From Patescibacteria group bacterium (GTDB taxonomy: Bacteria; Patescibacteriota; Minisyncoccia; UBA6257; Colwellbacteraceae): a stretch of DNA of 64,000 bases. Within the stretch, counting starts at the first letter, position 1. Each line of letters starts with the position of its first letter. The position numbers and the translations under genes were made by a program. Below are positions 59,010 through 64,000 of the stretch, one piece after another. The notes beneath the pieces are model-generated. The model was not told where the DNA came from, made no database searches, and was given only the letters and a program-made list of their open reading frames with translations. The stretch is taken from contig JAMCRD010000003.1 of NCBI GenBank assembly GCA_023380475.1, positions 28,397 to 92,396 of the forward strand. The letters run 5' to 3'.

Positions 59010-59042
59010 GAACTGTCCGGAAAACATAATTAAGCCGAAAGG

Positions 59043-59249
59043 ATGGTAAAAACCGTTTACGGCATGAAATCTAAAATGACCGACCAAGAGTTCAAGGAAA
59101 AATGTGAGAAACATAGGGAAAAGCTTAAGGTGCTATTGAACTCCGGCTTCTTTGAGCTCAAAAATACCAAGGTCGAGGTGAACTTCGGGCCAAAGGGAGA
59201 GATAGGGGATTGGTCTATTGTCCGGCAGAGTGTGTACAAACGACCATGA
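59043..59249 (+). CDS. hypothetical small protein
   Basis: A 68-aa ORF with no motif. Confidence 0.25.
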   Translation: MVKTVYGMKSKMTDQEFKEKCEKHREKLKVLLNSGFFELKNTKVEVNFGPKGEIGDWSIVRQSVYKRP

Positions 59250-59340
59250 ATATGCTATAATACTCAAAACTGAATAAGTAAAAGTCCCAAGCGATAATAA
59301 GCCGGACATCTCGCAATGAGGTGGCCGGTATTTCATTTTT

Positions 59341-59778
59341 ATGGGAGCACCAAAGGGAAATCAATACGCAAAAGGAAATAAGGGAGGGCGCCCTCCGAAA
59401 GTAGAGCCGCAAAATCTTCCCGCGTTCGGTGAAGAACTGGTGTCATGGGCAACTCGGAAATACCAGACGCTTCTTTCGGCGCCCGACAAGGAGGCAAAAA
59501 TGCCCTTCTTCATCAAGACGTTCTGTCGGGAGTATAAAATATCGGAAGACACGCTCCAAGCGTACAGGGAGGCAAATAAAGAGTTTTCCGCCTCGTATAA
59601 GCAGGCAAGACAGATTATTGCTGAAGCACTCATGGTTGGAGCACTCAAGGGATGGTGGCATCCGACCGCTTTTATCTTCATCGCCAAGAATGAAACCGAA
59701 ATGAGAGATAACTCGTCGGTTGATCTCACATCGGGCGGAGAAAAGATTACGGTCAACCTGGTCGAATTCAAAAGATGA
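59341..59778 (+). CDS. terminase small subunit
   Basis: MGAPKGNQYAKGNKGGRPPK is an N-terminal signature common to phage TerS HTH domains. It sits upstream of terL. Confidence 0.55.
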   Translation: MGAPKGNQYAKGNKGGRPPKVEPQNLPAFGEELVSWATRKYQTLLSAPDKEAKMPFFIKTFCREYKISEDTLQAYREANKEFSASYKQARQIIAEALMVGALKGWWHPTAFIFIAKNETEMRDNSSVDLTSGGEKITVNLVEFKR

Positions 59779-60314
59779 AACTCTCGGTTTTAATCTGTTC
59801 TTTGTCTTCACGAGGCGAGCATCTCGCCAAGTTGCTTTCGATCTTGTTTCCCCAAATTCAGGAGGAGACTGAAATTATCGTTTCCATTGACGACGGAGGA
59901 CAAAAAATAGGTGTCAAACGCAATAGGTTGATGGCATCGGCACTGGGCCAGTATGTCTGTTTTATCGATGACGATGACGAGGTGAGCGACGACTATATTG
60001 CCCAGATTATGACCGGCATCGAATCCGGTGCCGACCACGTGGCAATAGGCGGCATTATGACGACGAATGGCAGAGAACCACACGAATTCAGAAGCTCGAA
60101 GGATTATGTCTGGCATGAAAAAGACGGCGTCTATTATCGCGGCGTCCAGCATCTGGGAGTGATTAAGCGTGATCTGGTACTTCAATGTCCCTTCCCTCCG
60201 ATCAGTTTCGGGGAAGACCGCGAATTCAGCGAGAGGGTAACGCCGCTAATCAAGACAGAGTACCAAATCCAAAAGCCGATTTACTTCTATCGATACCGGA
60301 ACCCGAAATGCTGA
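59775..60314 (+). CDS. family 2 glycosyltransferase (short, 179 aa)
   Basis: LSVLICSL...EIIVSIDDGGQ...YVCFIDDDDEV shows the GT-A fold with a DxD motif. Confidence 0.6.
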   Translation: MKLSVLICSLSSRGEHLAKLLSILFPQIQEETEIIVSIDDGGQKIGVKRNRLMASALGQYVCFIDDDDEVSDDYIAQIMTGIESGADHVAIGGIMTTNGREPHEFRSSKDYVWHEKDGVYYRGVQHLGVIKRDLVLQCPFPPISFGEDREFSERVTPLIKTEYQIQKPIYFYRYRNPKC

Positions 60315-60964
60315 GTGTCATAATGCCGGTCTATAATCACGTTCTCTACACCTATCGGGCCGTAGAGTCGCTCCTTGAACACACTGCTGCGCCAGCTAGG
60401 CTCATTATGATTGACGATGGCTCGACCGATGATACGCATGATTACGCTATGGAACTTTCGGATCGGCTGAAAGAGAGATTTTATTATGGCCGAAACCAAA
60501 AGAATGAGGGTGTCCACTACAGCTGGAATGCAGGACTACGCGCCGCTTTCGACCAGAATTCAGATTATATCGCCATTGTGAATAACGATGTCCTCTTCAC
60601 AAAGAACTGGGATTCGCCCCTCATCAATGCCCTAAAAACGAAGAAGCTTGTGAGTCCATATCATACGGATGGCTCATTGCCGGATGATTGGCCGTCCGGG
60701 AGCCGCAGGATTGCGAACCAGGGTAACTTGCCGATTCTGGGCGCTTGTTTCATGGCACAAACGCAGACATTCAGGGATGTGGGCTTTTTCCCCGAACAAA
60801 TGCGGTACTACTTCGGAGACAACTGGCTGGTGCGACAGGTCGGGGAACAGCAATGTACCCAGGTGCCCGAAAGCTACATCCATCACTATTTCTCGAAAAC
60901 AACGAGTGAACTTCAGAATGATTTTTGGTTCAAAAAAGACCAAGAAGAATACTTGCGGCTATGA
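60308..60964 (+). CDS. family 2 glycosyltransferase
   Basis: MLSVIMPVYNHVLYT...LIMIDDGSTDDT...YIAIVNNDVLF. Its ATG overlaps the upstream stop, and its own stop overlaps the terL ATG. Confidence 0.65.
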   Translation: MLSVIMPVYNHVLYTYRAVESLLEHTAAPARLIMIDDGSTDDTHDYAMELSDRLKERFYYGRNQKNEGVHYSWNAGLRAAFDQNSDYIAIVNNDVLFTKNWDSPLINALKTKKLVSPYHTDGSLPDDWPSGSRRIANQGNLPILGACFMAQTQTFRDVGFFPEQMRYYFGDNWLVRQVGEQQCTQVPESYIHHYFSKTTSELQNDFWFKKDQEEYLRL

Positions 60965-62241
60965 CAATTCAATTCCCCACCCAAGAATTTATCGACTCTA
61001 TACGACCTTACCAATCCGAGTACCTTTCGTCTCCCCAGAAGAATAACGTGCTTATGTGGCACAGAGGCAGCCGCAAGACCACGACACTGCTCCAAAAATT
61101 GCTTATTTCAGCGCATCGCGAGGTTGGTCTCTACTGGTATATCGGGCCCTATCTTACCCAGGCGCGATCGACGATATGGACAGACCCAGCAACGCATATT
61201 TTCCGATGGATACCATCGGACTATCTGAAGCGGTTACGCGTCAATAACAGCGAGATGTCGATAACATTCCCGAACGGAAGCGTCTTGCAGGCCAAGGGAA
61301 TGGACAATCCGAATGGACTCCGTGGCCCTAAACCGAAGGGGGTTGTGCTCGACGAATACGGTGAAATGGCGAAGCGGTGGGGCAGCGAACCTCGTGAAGC
61401 CATCATTGAGCCGTCCATGCTCTCGTCGGGGGGCTGGACTGACTACGCGGGGACGCCGAAAGGAAACAATGATCTTGCGCACCTTTTACGGCGGCAGGAT
61501 TATTTCGCGTCTCTCAAAACAGTCGAAGATACGGGTGTGTATTTGCCGGAGCAGATTGAGGAATTGAAGCGGAATGCCGTCAATATAGATTTCTTTTGGC
61601 AAGAATACTACTGCAAAATCATCGAGGGAGCCTCAAGCGTTTTCAAAGACATCGAGAATGCCGTCTCGGGAGAACTGGAGAAGCCGCAGAGTGGCGAGGA
61701 GTATCTTTTTGGAATTGATTTAGCGCGGAGTTTTGACGCGACTGTCCTCGTCGGTTTCAAAATATCCACCAATCATCTCGTGTACTACGAGAGGATAAAA
61801 GATAGAACGTGGGAAGCGCAGAAAAACCTCATCGCCGGTACGCTCGCTTCGTACCATGGCGCGCGGGCTATTGTTGACGCAACGGGTGTGGGCGATAGTT
61901 TCACAGAAGAGTTGATGAGGATGGGACTCAATATCATGCCTCTTAAGATCGCCAATAACCTCATTAAGCGGAATCTGGTCGAAAAACTCGGTTCTTACCT
62001 TGAAAACAGATACATCACCATTCCCAGCATTCAAGAAATGATTGACGAATTGAAAAATTACGAGTATGTGCTTACGGCAAGTAACAATATCGTTTACTCG
62101 GCCCCATCCGGCAAGCACGACGATGTCGTAATGGCGTTGGCGCTGGCAGTTTCAGCTCTCAATCCCACGCCTTTCGTTGTTTCCCAAAATGCTTTTGTTC
62201 CGCCGGTTACTATCGACCCCAGAACGGGTTATATTGTATGA
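60961..62241 (+). CDS. terminase large subunit
   Basis: Walker A-like HRGSRKTTTL and Walker B VVLDEYGE sit in the ATPase domain. The nuclease domain carries FGIDLA...DDVVMALALA. Confidence 0.7.
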   Translation: MTIQFPTQEFIDSIRPYQSEYLSSPQKNNVLMWHRGSRKTTTLLQKLLISAHREVGLYWYIGPYLTQARSTIWTDPATHIFRWIPSDYLKRLRVNNSEMSITFPNGSVLQAKGMDNPNGLRGPKPKGVVLDEYGEMAKRWGSEPREAIIEPSMLSSGGWTDYAGTPKGNNDLAHLLRRQDYFASLKTVEDTGVYLPEQIEELKRNAVNIDFFWQEYYCKIIEGASSVFKDIENAVSGELEKPQSGEEYLFGIDLARSFDATVLVGFKISTNHLVYYERIKDRTWEAQKNLIAGTLASYHGARAIVDATGVGDSFTEELMRMGLNIMPLKIANNLIKRNLVEKLGSYLENRYITIPSIQEMIDELKNYEYVLTASNNIVYSAPSGKHDDVVMALALAVSALNPTPFVVSQNAFVPPVTIDPRTGYIV

Positions 62242-62432
62242 ACGAAGAACTACGTTGCAAATTATGCGGTAAATTGTTGGGCAAGGGATTGCAGTTAGGG
62301 GGCATTGTAGCCATCAAGTGCCATCGGTGCGGTACCATCACGGAGTTCGGGAATAAAATCGTCCACTATATCGTTCGTACCGAAGCGGGCGAGGAGTTAG
62401 GGCTCTTGACACTGAAAAATAAAAAGATATAA
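62238..62432 (+). CDS. Mu Com-like zinc-finger protein
   Basis: LRCKLCGKLLGKG...IKCHRCGT parallels Mu Com (IRCKNCNKLL...IRCPRCK). It has an ATGA overlap with the terL stop. Confidence 0.6.
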   Translation: MNEELRCKLCGKLLGKGLQLGGIVAIKCHRCGTITEFGNKIVHYIVRTEAGEELGLLTLKNKKI

Positions 62433-62433
62433 T
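62406..62433 (+). promoter_or_regulatory. consensus sigma70 promoter TTGACA-N16-TATAAT
   Basis: cTTGACActgaaaaataaaaagaTATAATga has a -10 box overlapping the com-like stop codon. Confidence 0.5.
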
Positions 62434-62468
62434 GACAATATAAAATAATAAGTTTTGAGTGCCTTTGA

Positions 62469-62491
62469 GCGCCAGAAGTGGCGCTTTTTTT
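62469..62491 (+). terminator. rho-independent terminator hairpin in the leader of the portal gene
   Basis: gcgcca-gaag-tggcgc followed by ttttttt. The T-tract runs into the portal ATG at 62489. Confidence 0.65.
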
Positions 62492-64000
62492 GTTGTATGA
62501 AAAAACCATCGGCACAAGAAATACTCAATCAATTTCGCATCGAGAAACAGGCAGCCTCGAAGACTCGGCAGTCGAAGATGTCCCATTGGCTCCAAAATGA
62601 GGAGCTTCACAATGGCGTTATTCAGCGAACTCTTTTGACGAAATCAAATCTTCATGTCCCGAAAGTGTTTGAGGGGGTACAAGATATGGCGTCCCGTCTC
62701 GGGGAGTTACCGACTATCGAATACGACACAAAGCCGGAAGGCGATGAAAATGCAGCAGATCTCATGAAGCATCTGTTCTTGTATGACGGCAGGAAATCAG
62801 ATTTGGAACACTTATGGGAACTGTCAAAAATCGAAGCGGGTCTCTATGGGCGTCCCATTTACAAACTGTTTCCATCACCGAACGGCGTCGCTTTCCAGCT
62901 TATCGATACGATGAGTTTTCTCATTTCTCCGCTTTCGCCGACGATAGATTCCGCGCTTTATTGCGGTCAGCAATTCATCTATAAGACGGCAGCGCAGCTG
63001 ATGGAGGAGGCCGAAGAATACGGTTACGACAAGAAAGAGGTGATGAAGGCTCGCAAAGCCGTGGCCGAAACCATCTCATCGGAAAATCCGGAAGTGAGCC
63101 AGCGCAACCTGCGGCTTGCCTATCTCGGTTTTGACAATGTGAACCTCGCAGGAGCGAAAGTCATCGAACTCACGGAATGGTACACGCATCTTGTGAACGA
63201 AAAGGGGTTGCCGGAAAAATATCTTCTCACCGTCGCGAACGACCAGTTCCTGCTTCGCGCCATTCCGATAACTGAAGCGGGGTTTGAGGATAAATTCCCG
63301 TTTATTTCGCGGGCGCTTTTCCCGCGTCTCGTCTCGTTCTGGGTTCCGTCAGTCGCGGATATCTATCGCGATCCGAACTTGGCGATGGATGTGATTATGA
63401 ATCAGAACATCGACAATAATACCTACCGCAATTTCGGGATGCTCTTTGTCGATTCGGCCAGCGGTCTCAAGCAATCCGCTGTCGTTCCGCGCCCCCTCGG
63501 CGTTGTACCGATCAATGTCGGAGCGAAATCGGTTAAGGACGCCGTGCTGCCATATAATCCGCCGGATATTTCGCAATCTACCGCCTTATCCAGCCAGATT
63601 GAAACGCTCTCTGACAATGCGGCCGGTCTCGGTTTCGTGCTTCCCATGGGACGGGCAAAAATGTCGGTCTCCCAATTAAACCTCGAAATGTCGCTCATTG
63701 AACAGCGATTAAGCACGTCAAAGATGAACCTCATCGCGATGGCAAAGGATATGGGCCAGATGTACGCCGATCTCATCAAGAAGAACCTTACGACTCCCCG
63801 GGCAGTCAAAACCTTCGGCATGAAAGACCTCACTATCTCAGGAGTTACGAAAGCGAACTTTAAGGGCGTTGACTTCATTGCAAAGGCGACTGCGAAGGAG
63901 AATGTCCAGCAAAACAAGGCGCTCTGGCAGAAATCAATTCAGGCTCTCTTCGCGATGTTCAAGGACGACCAGAACATCCCCAATCAGCGCTATCTCCGCG
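62489..64000 (+). CDS. probable portal protein (5' partial view; ORF continues past the window end)
   Basis: At least 504 codons are open from the ATG at 62489, in frame through base 64000. It lies immediately downstream of terL/com. The assignment is positional. Confidence 0.4.

Larger units (their letters stand above)
54230..64000 (+). mobile_element. phage or prophage-like region, partial and continuing beyond the window
   Basis: All genes are co-directional. It contains a RecB-family nuclease, wHTH, HNH, RHH, TerS, TerL, a Com-like Zn finger and a probable portal. No integrase or att site is in the window. Confidence 0.65.

Noticed and set aside
62433-64000. Looked for a mom-like DNA-modification gene downstream of the Com-like gene.
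   Set aside because: The next gene is a long ORF in portal position with no acetyltransferase-like motifs. The Mu com-mom arrangement is not reproduced.

Overview
This window reads as a gene-dense bacterial chromosome segment (about 0-54.2 kb) followed by a phage or prophage-like module (about 54.2 kb to the window end). All calls rest on motif-level reading of the translated ORFs and sequence inspection only; no searches were run.

The host segment carries a contiguous S10/spc-type ribosomal protein cluster in the order S17-L14-L24-L5-S14(Zn)-S8-L6-L18-S5-L15-SecY-Adk-Map. It has no L30 gene and a truncated L15. These and many other domain-minimal proteins resemble Patescibacteria/CPR-type genomes, but that attribution is an inference.

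Other host features:
- Cell-envelope and division genes: murA, two mreB paralogs, mreCD-pbp2, dacA-like, mraY, ftsW, murG.
- Housekeeping genes: holB, frr, rseP, proS, galT, tpiA, pgk, typA, tig, csp, dnaX, scpAB, gltX.
- RNA genes: RNase P RNA (rnpB), hidden under a spurious ORF, and tRNA-Gln(UUG).
- Two large glycine-rich surface proteins; one carries an (AC)5(AG)11 microsatellite in its 5' coding region.
- A standalone Cas4-like Fe-S nuclease.

From about 54.2 kb to the window end all genes are co-directional and phage-like: a RecB-family nuclease, a wHTH protein, an FGE-domain protein, HNH, RHH, TerS, two GT2 glycosyltransferases wedged between terS and terL, TerL, a Mu Com-like zinc finger, and a probable portal gene running off the window end. 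I saw no CRISPR array and no integrase.
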